Positions 38,918 through 51,019 of a stretch of 64,000 nt of DNA are shown in pieces. The notes under the pieces were generated by a model. It was given only the letters and a program-made list of their open reading frames with translations, was not told the DNA's origin and searched no databases. The position numbers and the translations under genes are program-made. Each line of letters starts with the position of its first letter. Position 1 is the first letter of the stretch. The stretch comes from Amoebidium appalachense. Taxonomy: Eukaryota > Protista > Ichthyosporea. Where the stretch lies: the NCBI GenBank assembly GCA_963693365.1, contig CAVNZM010000010.1, forward strand, positions 4,152,159-4,216,158. The letters run 5' to 3'.

Positions 38918-40725
38918 TGTCAGCTCCCATATCAATATTCGCTCAAGAATACAAGTATTACAAGGCTTCTATCAGTAGAACATGTAACTGCGAGGGTACC
39001 CACAGTATTATGCCCGTTGTGATTAACTATGTGAGGTGCCTTTTACCAAACTTCTCTATTCAATAAAAACCGACGGGTTGTATTGTGAATTCATGTAAGG
39101 TATATACTTTGCACGAGTGTGCGTCTGCATGTTTTATCAAACTTCTCTATCCCACAAAAGCTTATGGTTTGCTTTATAATAACATGTATAGTATATAATT
39201 TGCACGCCTGTGTGTCTGCATGTTTAGTAGATGGTGGTTGGAGACTGTGCGACTTGAATGTGTGTGCGACCGGTAAAAAATGGCCTCAGCATGAGCCTGT
39301 CAGTTTTTTGGGTTTCGCGCGCAATCCGGGCAAGGCACAATCTAATTGGTTGCTATTATTGGAAACGTTTTCGCTTTAGTAAGTTGTGTTCTTCAATTTT
39401 TACTGCCCTCCTCCAGACAAGATCTACCAATTAGCAGCAGCCGCGTCAATCATTTTGCATGCCATCTAATTAAGGTCCGGCTCGCCGCCGCACCAGGCAG
39501 TATGTCAGCGGCTGCGCCAGGCACAAGCTTAGAATAAAGAATGCACAAGGCAAAAACATCCCTCTGCCTCTGCGTTCACGGTTCGCTCTCAGGTGGTCAC
39601 AAAAATACAAGTGTGGAAGTTTATTATCATCAAAAAACAAACGAATATTCAACCTAAAATGTGTGTTTACATAGAACCTATGTGACTTATGCTTGTACAA
39701 AACCACATATTTATCCCTCCTAGCCAGTATGTATGTAGGGTGGGCAGGGTGGGCAAATTACGAAAGGGAACCAAGACAACTGGCAAAGGGCTATGTGTCG
39801 CCAAAGCAAAACGACACACCTAAAAACCCAATCCACGTTTCCTAGTACAGTCATCGCTGTTACCACGCTTATTCAGCTCACCAACTGACCCAGATGGCTC
39901 CAAAATGGAGCTTATATACTGGAGGGAGGAATTCTTGTACCTAAACCACAGCGGCAATCAGAACTACCAAATCAAGAGTCAGCCAATCGGAACCGAACAT
40001 CCCGAAATGGTTCACAATACAAAATTCTCATGCACATTCCAACATCCTGAATCGACACGCCCTCACGCTCACCTTCCCCTCCGTTCTATCGAGGTAACAA
40101 TGCACAAGGCAAAAACATCCCTTTGCCCCTGCGTTAACGGTTCGCTCTCAGGTGGTCACAAAAATACAAGTGTGGAAGTTTATTATCATCAAAAAACAAA
40201 CGAATATTCAACCTAAAATGTGTGTGTCTGTGTGTATAATATTATGGCGTCGTGCACGTGGGTGTATGTTGTATCCACGTGTGTGTGAGGAAGATCCACT
40301 CGAAAGGAAACAAGACCCCACATATCGTCGTCCATAGCCGATCATCGCGACAGCCGTGATAATGGGAGGAATATACCGACTATGTGTGTGTAGCGTGTAT
40401 GCTCAAATGGGGAGTCACATCGTGGACACCGGGCCGCTAAGGATTATATGATAACCTGCGGCGCTCAACTGCACAATGAAACCCATAGTTACGGAAGACA
40501 GTGTGAAACAAAAGGGGAAGAAAGTTCGTCGGTGTTTCAAGAAGTTCTTATTGCCTTGGTGAACGGTGCCTTTGGAACACTAATATTGGCTAACTCGCGT
40601 AGTAACACTTCATAAAAACGCTTTGAACTAGCTGTTAAAAAAAACAGAAAACACTAAAATAATTAAGTGGAAAAATAGACACATGTGCGAATTGTGGTGG
40701 TGGTAAAATTGCATCGATCAAATGG

Positions 40726-42154
40726 CTAATAATCCTCCCAGGGGGACGGGCCGGGCTTTGGTTGGTTGGTATATACTATTTGGGGTGGTTCCATGGCCGG
40801 TTTTTCCAGGGCTGCTTGTGCTTGTGCCTTTTTGGAGGCTGCGTGGCGTTTTAGCACGTCGGTGTAGTAAGAATCTACGGTGGCGCTGAACTTTGCCACC
40901 GGTGAGGGAAGTTTCGATAAGGGGACATCATGTCGTACGTGTATTCCAGGTCGCGGACCCGACACATGAGTTCTTCGAAGAAGTCGGTGTGGATAATGGC
41001 CGGTCCGAGTTGATCTATTGCAAGCTCCGCAACATTCAATAACACCGCTGCCTCGTGTGCCGACCGTTTATGGCTGAGATTAGACGTCTCAATAGCTGCA
41101 CGGAAAGGCCCCTCCGTCGACACGAAGGCCTGGATGAGGGAGACCCCGTTTTCGCGGCGTTCGTACGAAAAACAATCGTCCAGAAGATTGTGGGCTTGGT
41201 AAGTGTCCATCTTATCTTGCAAGAAATGGGTGCGGCGTGGCCAGGGGGTGAGTTGTAGAGTGTCAAGGTCAAGGACAGGGCGGTCGGGGTAGTCGTTTTT
41301 GGTGCCTAGGGCACGTTGTTTCTTGGTGGTAAACATGGTGCCGTTGTTACGTATCCAGGAATTTCGGGTGTCTGTGTTGAGATCTGGATTTGACTTGACC
41401 GGAGCAGGGGCTGGTTTTTGCTTGGGTGTTGACTAGAAGGGTCATTGCCTTTGACAAAGTGGAGAGGGCGTCACCCAAGTCGTTGCTGTTGCTTTGGGAA
41501 TGTGTCGTTAAAGGTGACGGATTGGTGGAAGGCTCGTGATCCCCAGCATTAGATCGGTGTGTACAGCGGTAGCGGGGCACACTGAGGAGCCGAGGTATTC
41601 GTTGCGGGAGCGAGGGAGGCGGGTGCTAGGGTGTGTCTTTGTCACGGGTTTTACTTGGTTGCGGAGAGCCAACAGGGTGCTCTCAAAGGCAGAGTCTGCG
41701 TCGTCTGTGACGTCCGTGGGGGTGGGGGTGGGGTCGACATGGGTGGTAGTTGGGATGGGTGCGTAGGGGTTGGGCTTGTGTGACTCCCAATCGCCGTGAT
41801 CAAGGAGGGTGGTGGCGAATTCCTGGAGGCACTTCGGGGTGAAAGCTTCAGCTGTGGGCTTCCACTCAGACCCCGGTGTAATGCCAATTTCAGAGAGGAT
41901 TTTCTGAAACGAACGAATTAGACAGTAGATGTTGGGTTCTCCTTCGGGAACTGGGTGATGGCTCAAACGTAAGAGTGTCATGTAGATGGAGGTGTTGTGT
42001 AGCCAAGAGAAACTATCAGGGTGGTAGGTGTCCCAGTTTTTCTGGAAATCACGAATCTGAGCATAGCAGAACTGGACCTTCTTGTGTGCTGCTGCCATGT
42101 CGGCCTATGTGGGGTCATCCCCTTGCAGCGCTGCGGAGAGCTCGTTTCAGACAT
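40726..42154 (-). pseudogene. Disrupted gag-like ORF (~475 codons) of the split-direct-repeat element
   Basis: ORF-track pieces 42098-41508, 41580-41347, 41336-40875 and 40965-40726 chain into one reading frame through single-base shifts (e.g. TQAK/PAPAPVKSNPDLNTDTRNSWIRNNGTMFTT across the A-run near 41415). ATG at 42154 directly abuts repeat A. No RT, RNase H or YR motifs seen; 'gag-like' is inferred from position and composition. Confidence 0.55.
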
Positions 42155-42319
42155 GGTAGGCAAATTACGAAAGGGAACCGTCTAAGACAACTGGCAAAGG
42201 GCTATGTGTCGCCAAAGCAAAACGACACACCTAAAAACCCAATCCACGTTTCCTAGTACAGTCTTCGCTATTACCACGCCTACTCAGCTCACCAACTGAC
42301 CCAGATGGCTCCAAAATGG

Positions 42320-42410
42320 AGCTTATATACTGGAGGGAGGAATTCTTGTACCTAAACCACAGCTAGGAAGTAGCCAATCAGAACTACCAAATCAAGAGTC
42401 AGCCAATCGG
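42320..42410 (-). promoter_or_regulatory. Internal Pol II-like promoter in repeat A
   Basis: Two AGCCAATC boxes (~42372, ~42401) and TATATAAG on the minus strand at ~42329-42322, oriented toward the ORF; a copy lies in A2 at ~39910-39990. Confidence 0.45.
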
Positions 42411-43314
42411 AACCGAACATCCCGAAATGGTTCACAATACAAAATTCTCATGAACATTCCAACTTTCTGTATCGACACACCCTCACGCTCACCTTCCCCT
42501 CCGTTCTATCGAGATAACAATCGTGCCAGTTCAAAAACATAAAACTCCATTTTTTATATTTTTTTTTGTATCAACCAGCATGTCTGTTATCTGGATACCT
42601 GGACCGGGGCTGCCGCTGAGCCTCCAGCCTCTGCCGGCAGGCCGGTGACGCGTCGGAGGCTCGGAGTACGTGACTTTTTTTTGGTATATGGGTACAGGTG
42701 GTCGTGATTCCTGTGCCTGTGGATATTGGATGGGTGGGTGGGTGTGGGAGGGCCCCCCGGGGGGAAGGGGGGGGGAGGGGGGAGGGGGGGGGGGGGGGGG
42801 GGAGGGGGAAGGGGGGAGTATCCCGGTTTGGAAGTGGGAGGAGGCAGCACGGTGCATGACCAGGTTCAACTTGGTTTGATGGTAGAGTTAGGCGAGTGAT
42901 TTACACATGGGCAAGGTGTAGGTGAGTAGGTTTGTGTGTGTATGCTCGTGGCTGTGGTTTGGATGAACTGGACGTGTATCAGCGGGGATGGAAGGCCCAG
43001 GGGAGTGGGCGGCCAAGGGCATGCAGAAAATGTGAAGGGTGGTGGTGGGGCAAGGGGGGAGGGGGGGGGGGGAGGGGGGGGGGGGGGTACAAGGGGGAAA
43101 GAGGGGGAGCAGGAGGAGACGTGAAAGGGGCTGTGTGTGTTTGTGTGTGTGGAGGGGAGGGGGGGAGGGGGGGGGGGGGGGGGTGCAGGATTATGGATAG
43201 GTACTCAGGCTTTCTCAGTATCATTTTCATTTCTTTTGCTTTTTTCTGTTTCTGTTTCTTTTTCTTTTTCTTTTTATTCTTATTTTTTCTTTTTATTTTT
43301 TATTTTTTATTTTT

Positions 43315-43347
<33 letters not shown>

Positions 43348-43750
43348 CGTTGAAAATTTAAAAAAGTTGCACTGTTGTGAACAACATGCAGCCTCAAGCA
43401 TTCAATATGTGCATATTGTGCTTGGCGGGCATGGCACTGAATGTATATTTGTATCCTTAGACTTTGTTTTTTTTGTCTTATTGGCATTACGCATGAGAAA
43501 TTCGCAAAAACTTCGGGGATGCGTAGCCCAAATTCGGTTCGAACTTCCAAAAATTTATATGTATAGAAACAAATACCACTAGCAAAAATAAATCTCTTTT
43601 GTTGACTTTAGGAGCAATGCCTTCACAAGCCTCGGATAGTCTGTTGCCTGTTTGCAGACAAGCTAAACTGCGCGCATGCTCACCTTGGGTGTTTGTGTGT
43701 GTGTGTGTGCGTGCGTGCGTGTGTGTGTGCGTGTGTGTGTGCGCGCGCGC

Positions 43751-43820
<70 letters not shown>

Positions 43821-44497
43821 ACGCATGCGCGCACGCCCGTGCGTGCGGCATGCGTGTGTGCATGTGTGCTGTATGTGTTTGTGTATGTGAATGCGTGCGT
43901 GTGTTCTTATGTGTGCGTGCCCGGCCCGCCCTCCCCCCCCTCCCCCCCCCCCCCCCCCTCCCTCCTCCCCCCCCCCCCCCCCCCCCCCCGCCCCCGCCCA
44001 CGGTGTTCAACCCTTTCCCCGCCCCTCCCCCTCCCCTCCCACCCCCATCCCCTACTGATCATTAATTTTTCTTTTTCAAGTTCAAAAAAGAATCTCAGCA
44101 CTTTTGGGCAAGCTTTCAACATAAAAACCAAAAAAATATAAGCAGTGGCTTCGCTTTTCACACCATATTGAAATTCCTAAAGCGTCGGGGGGGGGGGGGG
44201 GGGGGGGGGGGAGAAAATGGAGCCGAGAGAGGGTGTGGCTAAGGGAGAGAGAAAGGGAGGGAGGGAGGGAGGAAGGGAGAGAGAGAGACAGAGAGGGGGT
44301 GGGGGGGTGGCATGGGGGTGTGCCGCAGTAAGTTTTCAATAGATGTCAGCCTTAGAAGGAGGAGAACGGAAGGAACCCAAAGAAGGGGGGAAGAGGAGGG
44401 GATATCACGACTCGGAGGGTCACATATCTCGATGATATATGATGCAGTAGTCTTTAGCATGAACATAGGAGGAGAAGGGGGAGGATGTGGTGGTGGT

Positions 44498-44528
<31 letters not shown>

Positions 44529-44745
44529 GGGGGGGGGGAGGGGGGAGGGGGGGGGGAGGGGGGGGGGGAGGGGGGGAGAGGGGGAGTTTTGGGTTTCACC
44601 GTTCTGTTACACTTCTTATTCCATATCACTGCCTTGAATGGGTGGTGCGAAACAGATAGCATAAGATCTTAAGGTTTTCTTCTTTACCAATTTCATTTTT
44701 CATTTTCCCATTAATTTTCATATTTACTTTCGTTCTTTCGTGCCA

Positions 44746-44787
<42 letters not shown>

Positions 44788-45430
44788 GGACGCTGTACGG
44801 CTAAGTACATGTGATGAGTCATCCAGTCTTGAATTACTATTGTTGCTTGGCTTGCATGTCGCACAGTTTTTGCTCGGCTTAAATACCACAACATGTATGT
44901 TTATATCGTCGCTCTTGGTTTTGCTGTCTTTTGGGTGTTGAAGTAACCTTTTTAAACCCGTGAAAAAAAAAGCTTTTGTAGCACAACCCAAAATTCGGAT
45001 TACATACCTAGAAATTTCACTTACAAATTTTAGACCTCTGCTAACGACTGATAATTTGCCTTCACACGTTAGTCTGTAGTAGCCTGTATGCAGACATTCT
45101 GAATTGTGTGTTTACGTATGAATATGTGACTGTGTGTGTGTGTGTGCATGCGCACTTGTGTGCCTTGTGCTTGTGTGTGCGTGTCCGAGTGTGCGTGCAT
45201 GTATGCGAAAAAAATGTGTGTGCACATGTGCGTGTGCTCGGGTGCATGTGCTCATGCACACATCTGTGTGTTGGTGTGTCTGCAGGCTTGAGTGTGTGCG
45301 TGTGTGCACACGTGTGTTGAATGTGTACATGTGTCTGTAGTATGTGTGCGCGACCGTGTACAAACTAATACGTCTATGACACAACAACACCGCCTCCTGT
45401 TTTATGTATGTAAAACTTCTAACAAATCTC

Positions 45431-46459
45431 CTACATATGGGCAACTCCAGCCGGCCTAAACTTCTTCTCCAGCTCCACTATTCTATCAACTACAATCCTA
45501 GCAGACGGGCGGTCGCAACTGTTCACAGCCAACAAATACAACAACAAACTCCTGACATCCGCGTTTATTTTCTTCCACACAAGCGCCATTTTCTCTGTGC
45601 ACCTTCCCTCCACATGCATCCTAAACCCTTCATCCGTCTCCACGTATGCACGCAGCCACGGGAACGAGCCAGTCAACATTGCAAACAGTACGATGCCTCC
45701 GGAAAACACGTCGCTCTTTGTAAGGTCCGTGCACGTGTTGTTTAGCAATTCTGGGGCCATATACTGGGGTGTTCCTGCTTTGTTCTTTTGACAACTTAAC
45801 ACATCTTGCTGTGTGGTGGAGAGCCCAAAGTCAATAAGTTTCAGTGTTTTACCCTCCGCTGAAACCACGCAGTTGTCGCATTTTACGTCGCAGTGTGCGT
45901 ATCCGAGCGAGTGAATATGTTCGAGGGCCGTAAACAGTTGCCGAGCGTAGGACAAAGCGCGTGGGAGAGTAAAAACACCCACGGTTTGAAGTGCATGTAG
46001 TAGGTCTCCGCCTTCACAGTATTCCATAACGAAAATATATTCGTCATTCTCGGCGTCGTGTGCGATTTTTTGTAGTTGAACTATGTTTTCGTGGGGAGTT
46101 TGGGACAAGGTTGTGTGTATTTCAATTTCTCGCTCGAGCTCAGCTGCGTTTTTGCTTGTGTTTGCAACGTGTTTCAAAACAACATAATCACACGTGAGAA
46201 TGTTTATGGCAATATCTATGTATCCAAACCCACCCTCTGCCGCATGCGCTTGCACAACGGCAAACTGTGTGCGCAGATGTGCAGCGGGCGTTTTCACGTG
46301 CTCTTTCGTTGGGTTAGTAGGATGCCTTTCGTCTGAACTGATGCTGTTTTCGTTGTTGCAAGTGGTTGACTCGAGTTCTTTCTCCCACTTGCACAAAAGT
46401 GTTTGTATGGGCTCTGTGCCTAGTCTACCTTGTGTTTGTTTTTTAGTTTTTTTTCCCAT
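45431..46459 (-). CDS. Intronless Ser/Thr protein kinase (CAMK/Chk1-like fold, non-RD)
   Basis: 342-aa ORF with AEGGFGYI G-loop, VVLK, ELEREIEIH (helix C Glu), HENIVQL, FVMEYCEGGDL, HCDVKCDN, DFG, GTPQYMAPE, SDVFSGG and DRPSA. Confidence 0.92.
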   Translation of the reverse strand: MGKKTKKQTQGRLGTEPIQTLLCKWEKELESTTCNNENSISSDERHPTNPTKEHVKTPAAHLRTQFAVVQAHAAEGGFGYIDIAINILTCDYVVLKHVANTSKNAAELEREIEIHTTLSQTPHENIVQLQKIAHDAENDEYIFVMEYCEGGDLLHALQTVGVFTLPRALSYARQLFTALEHIHSLGYAHCDVKCDNCVVSAEGKTLKLIDFGLSTTQQDVLSCQKNKAGTPQYMAPELLNNTCTDLTKSDVFSGGIVLFAMLTGSFPWLRAYVETDEGFRMHVEGRCTEKMALVWKKINADVRSLLLYLLAVNSCDRPSARIVVDRIVELEKKFRPAGVAHM

Positions 46460-47295
46460 CGCCCATAAGCAGCTTTATGGGCTTTGAAAGGTAAGAAGGG
46501 AGCCTCATTTCACACTACCTATCTACAACCTTATTTATTCTACACCGAATGGGTTGCGAAGATACACAAGCACATATAATTTAAATATCTCACCTAACAA
46601 CACATTACACAGTTTTAGCTAAGAAAGGTAGTTTTGGGTTGATAGGTTGCTAAGTTGTGATGTGAACAGCGTGTCGCCGCGAGCGTCCTGCTGTTGTTAG
46701 GCTGGCAACGTGTTGTGTTTGAGCTGTGCACATGTGAACTTGTGTGAACACGAATAGATCCGCGGAGCCGCACGCCAGAAATGATTCGCCAATATCTCGA
46801 ATAGATCTCTTCGACCAGCCAAGTCGAAAAACGATTGGTCCGTGAGTTGGCCTCGGAATGTTTGGGAGATAGTGACTCGGACCCAGGAAAGTCACGACTT
46901 CAACGTCCAGGAATCAGGATAGCACTACAATAGTTCGGAGTTCCCATTGGAATTTGTCTGCGTAACCTTATAAGGCTGGCCTGCTCTTGCCTGCAAGATT
47001 CGGATCATCTGATTGGCCTCACTTTCCGAAAGGGCTAGGGTAACGGCTGCCCTCACCCGATCGGGGCCGAGACGCAAACCAATAGCCCTTTATCAATTAG
47101 GGGTTTACGCTGTTTACTCGAGGCAAAGAGAACCAGTCTCAGGTATGGGGGGGGGGGGGTTTGCTCGGAATATCCCCTCAGCGGTATATCATGATCACGT
47201 ACATAGATGTCGGGTGGTGACTATATATCAGGGTTTACTTTCTCTACGAGACACCATAAAGACTACAAGGAGAAATCAATTAGTTGGGGTTCCCC

Positions 47296-47296
<1 letters not shown>

Positions 47297-47340
<44 letters not shown>

Positions 47341-47372
47341 GGGCTCCCCTCGGGACACTCGGTATCAGCTGG

Positions 47373-47425
<53 letters not shown>

Positions 47426-48417
47426 TGTGTGTGTGTGCGCGTGCGCTATAATTTTGTAGTGATGTGTTTCTCAAGCCAATCAATACATCTAATAAACAGG
47501 TCGTAGTTACGCGTGTTTAGTATAAAATCAAGGATGTTGTAATTTACAGGTAGGCTATCTTTCTGGGTGTCTGTTGTGAATGTGACGTGTGTGTGTTGCG
47601 GTATTATGTGGTCTATCAAACTACATTTGGCGATACATGACCGGTTAAACTGGTGTGTGTGTGTGTTGTTTGGGCATGCAAATGATGCCACCTTATACTT
47701 ATTAGATCTCCACTGTATAGCACGTGTACAGTAAAAGCGTGGTAATTGATCAACAATACCATCAGCTAGAGAAAGACCAGTTCTACAGGAAGGTAATATG
47801 TATTTAGGTGTTATACACTTGCGAGTGCCATATTTGGCAATATGGTTGAGGCGGTCAGTATATATAAAACGAGACATAAGGCTTAGTTTTTCAAGGTGTA
47901 TGCTTTCATCGGGTCTAGTGTCGTGTGGTATCTTTTTCCATTTGTTATATTGCGTGATTATCTTGTGATTGTGTACATGTTTAATAAGTAAGTGGCAGTC
48001 CAAAGTCACACACACACTATTGCGGGGTTTATTTGTATTTGTGCCCAGGGGAGAAGGGGAGAGAGAGGGGAGGAAAGAGGGGAGAGGTGAGGAGGGGACA
48101 GGTCGGATAGAGAAGAGAGGGTGGGAGGGCAAATACTTCTTTAAGCGGCTTATGTGCTTATTGAATTTCAGCGCGAGATAGGATACTCTAGCAGCTATTG
48201 GGACCAGACCATATATCGAGAGCGTTACAGGCCCAGGTTTACAACAGTTGTTAGATAGAAAGGAGGCAACTTCTGCTTCAAGGAAATTTGCCAAGGGTTT
48301 AAGCGCTCTAGTTCTCTCTTTCTTGATCCAAGCGGCGAGAAGGGGTAAACCATATTCACATGCCGGGAAGACAAAAGTGCGAATAAATGTAAGTCTAATA
48401 GAAGGATGGAGGATCAA
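47297..48417 (-). mobile_element. 5'-truncated non-LTR retrotransposon fragment (post-RT thumb region plus Cys/His C-terminus) with poly(A) tail
   Basis: ORF 48417-47446 begins LTFIRTFVFPACEYGLPL, resembling the LINE thumb motif LYKxxIRPxLEYG. It contains AIQWR...CPNNTHTHQFNRSCIAKC and ILDFILN near the end. A (CA)n 3' UTR and a 40-nt A tail follow (T run 47297-47336 on +). The RT core is absent. Confidence 0.7.
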
Positions 48418-50148
48418 TTACCGGAAAGTCTGAACGATTTGATTAACCAATACCAGGAGTCAAATATCAGTACCCACTTCTATATATGGTCTTGCGATGC
48501 GTGGTAGTCCAATCATCGCTTAAAAATACCATGAACAAGCCTTATTTGGTTCCAAAGGCTTACTGCTGATCCTTATTTGGTTCGAAAGGCTTACAGTGGG
48601 AAGTGAGAAAGCAAGAAAGAAAGACAGGGAGAAAAAAAGAAAGAAAAAAAGAAAAAAAGAAAAAAAGAGAGAAATAAAGAAAGAAAGAAGAAAAAAAAAG
48701 GAAAAAAATAAAGAAAAAAAGATAAGAAAAAAGAAAAAAAAGCGCCCGTTGGTTTTTTGAGAGCTAAGGAGTCAGAGGCCGCTGCAGCTGCGCGGCGTTG
48801 AAGCCATGGTAAATCTCCCCATACCCCAAACCATGGGATTAAAAACGACATTTTTATTCACTTTGGGAAAGCTGCTGACTAATATAGCAAATTTCGGCAC
48901 AAGCTAAAACTAGATATGTGTATCAAAATTGTGTTTGTTTTTCAAAATTTGCTATCGATTTTTAGCGAGAGTGATGTGCTGTGATGTATTGTTGGCCATA
49001 TTCACACACGACACGACACGCCATCATGAACAGATAGGTTTGTGGGGACTCGATTACATGGCAAGAAGCTGTGTGTCTATTTTTAAAATATCCAATCAAT
49101 GTCAAACAGTCAAAAACTAAGTAAAATTTGCTTTAAAATCGTTCAATCTATTTGATACCAGTTTTGGAAATGGGTGTAAAAGTCGACCAATCTCAGCTCG
49201 CCGCTAGATCTACTACCATTTTTGGACTACTTTGGCCCAATCCGTAAAGATTATTTAAACTATTAAAAAAATATAGTAAATTTGGTTGATAAATGGCTAA
49301 TGAAATACCAAAGGATGGCAAAGAACGCATATTTGCCAGGCTGCAAAATTGCTGGGCTCCAGACCAAAATATGCTCCTGGTATAGATATATCAGGCCAGA
49401 ACCATCTTATCTGCACCTTTTGTCCGGCATTATAGTTTAGAACGACCAGTGTGACGTGTCTCTTTTACGTCCACTCACACTGAGAAAGCTCACACACACG
49501 AACAATTATTTGGTGGTACCCTGATTTTGGCCTGGACAAGCAGATAGAAATCGGCCGTTTGATTGGTCTACAACGACGTGCTGGAAAGAGGCAAACGTAT
49601 CTGATTCGAGGATCAGTACAAAGGTTTGGAATTTGATTGGGAAACAGCCACCTCTCACGCCGGTGTGCACGCATGCTCCGCTCTATGCAAAACGCAAAAG
49701 GAAAACACGCGCTAAAAAGGAGTATGTATAATGGGAGCTATTCATATTCATGTATCAGATTCCACATTTGTGCGAGCCCAAAATAGGCCCTTTTCCTCTT
49801 CTTTCGGTGCGAGCTTCAAGTGCCATTGCACTTTATCTCATTGTTGCCTAGCATGTACATATGTCACTGGCTGCATTTGATTGGCTGTGCTGGAAAACGC
49901 AGTAGGCCGTCGAATGTGGCTGGGCCTCCGGCAATGTCCACGCAATAAAAAGTGTGTAAACCCCATGATACATGTCTCTTGTTTGTAAATCCCGGAATTC
50001 CTACCCAGATGAGAGTCCTACAACTTGTTTCTGAATATGTTTTATTACACCCCTATTTTTCGTCATATACATTAGATAAAGCCCCATTTACAACATTCAT
50101 TGTATAGTGTGATTTCCTAACAAAAATTCCCCGCTATTTCTGGTTTTG

Positions 50149-50300
50149 CCATATATGGATAAAAAACGAAAAACTTGCACCCGCCAAAGTATAAATATAG
50201 CACTTCTGTCTGCAGTTTTCATCGCACTGAGTTGGCTTTGTGTTTCTTAGTGTTTAAGCGGTCCTTTTCTCTGGCGCTTTTTCCTTCAAAAGACGCCAAG
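50149..50300 (+). promoter_or_regulatory. GBE core promoter (CArG + TATA) and non-coding first exon
   Basis: CCATATATGG at 50149-50158, TATAAATA at 50190-50197, donor AAG|GTAAAC at 50300/50301; the matching acceptor TTTTCTCAG lies immediately before ATG 51020. Confidence 0.55.
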
Positions 50301-51019
50301 GTAAACATGACATTCCAATTATGGCTTGATATAAGAAAATCTAGCTTATGATAGTTAATTTCTTTTGTGAATGAGGATGTTGAGTCAGTTTCTTTTAGAA
50401 TATATTATGCTGCTCAGTTGTTGCAGAATAATTCTACGTAGGCCACTCTGGCTTCTTGAATGATGAGAGCTGCCCCGATGTGATTGAGCGGTTAGAATGG
50501 ACCTTGTTTCAGTGTATACTTGTAAAAGGTCACCTTCAGTCTCAGTTCAGTTGGTTCCGCAGTCGTATAGCGCACTGCTTGAGACATGTCTTGTAGTGTA
50601 CACCTCCCTGTCAGGTGCTTTGTTTGTGGATCTACTCTCCTCTCACTGTCTCCCCCCCCCCCCCCCCCCCCCCCCCCCCTTCCTCCCTTGAAGCCCACTG
50701 CCGCCTGCGTCCCTCTATACTCCACCTGACGTCTTCTCTCTCACTGTGGACACCATTAGTGGTTTATTTATGACAGTTCTAGTGGCTGCCAGTAACTCTT
50801 CACAGCAGCTATAGCGTGCTTCCTCGTTTGTCTTCGAGAAAGATGCAATATGAAGTTACCTTCTGTCACAGCTAAGACTATTGTACAACACACAGGGATG
50901 CTATCCCCTTCCACCCCGCCGGCAACCCCCCCCCCCCCCCCCCCTCCACCCTCCCCCCGTACCTTTATCTGATACTATATGTTCAATCTTAGGCTGATCA
51001 TGGGCATGTTTTTTCTCAG

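Larger units (their letters stand above)
39540..42521 (-). mobile_element. Non-autonomous split-direct-repeat element (Ngaro/PAT-type tyrosine-recombinase retrotransposon architecture)
   Basis: Repeat A: ~42155-42521 and ~39748-40101 (about 350 bp, highly similar, small indels). Repeat B: 40099-40225 and 39540-39666 (127 bp). Minus-strand order is A1-ORF-B1A2-spacer-B2. AAT occurs at 39540-39542, 40099-40101 and 42519-42521. Confidence 0.75.

Noticed and set aside
39540-42521. Conventional LTR retrotransposon
   Set aside because: No TG...CA termini, PBS/PPT or 4-6 bp TSD seen, and the extra B repeats give a split-repeat order.
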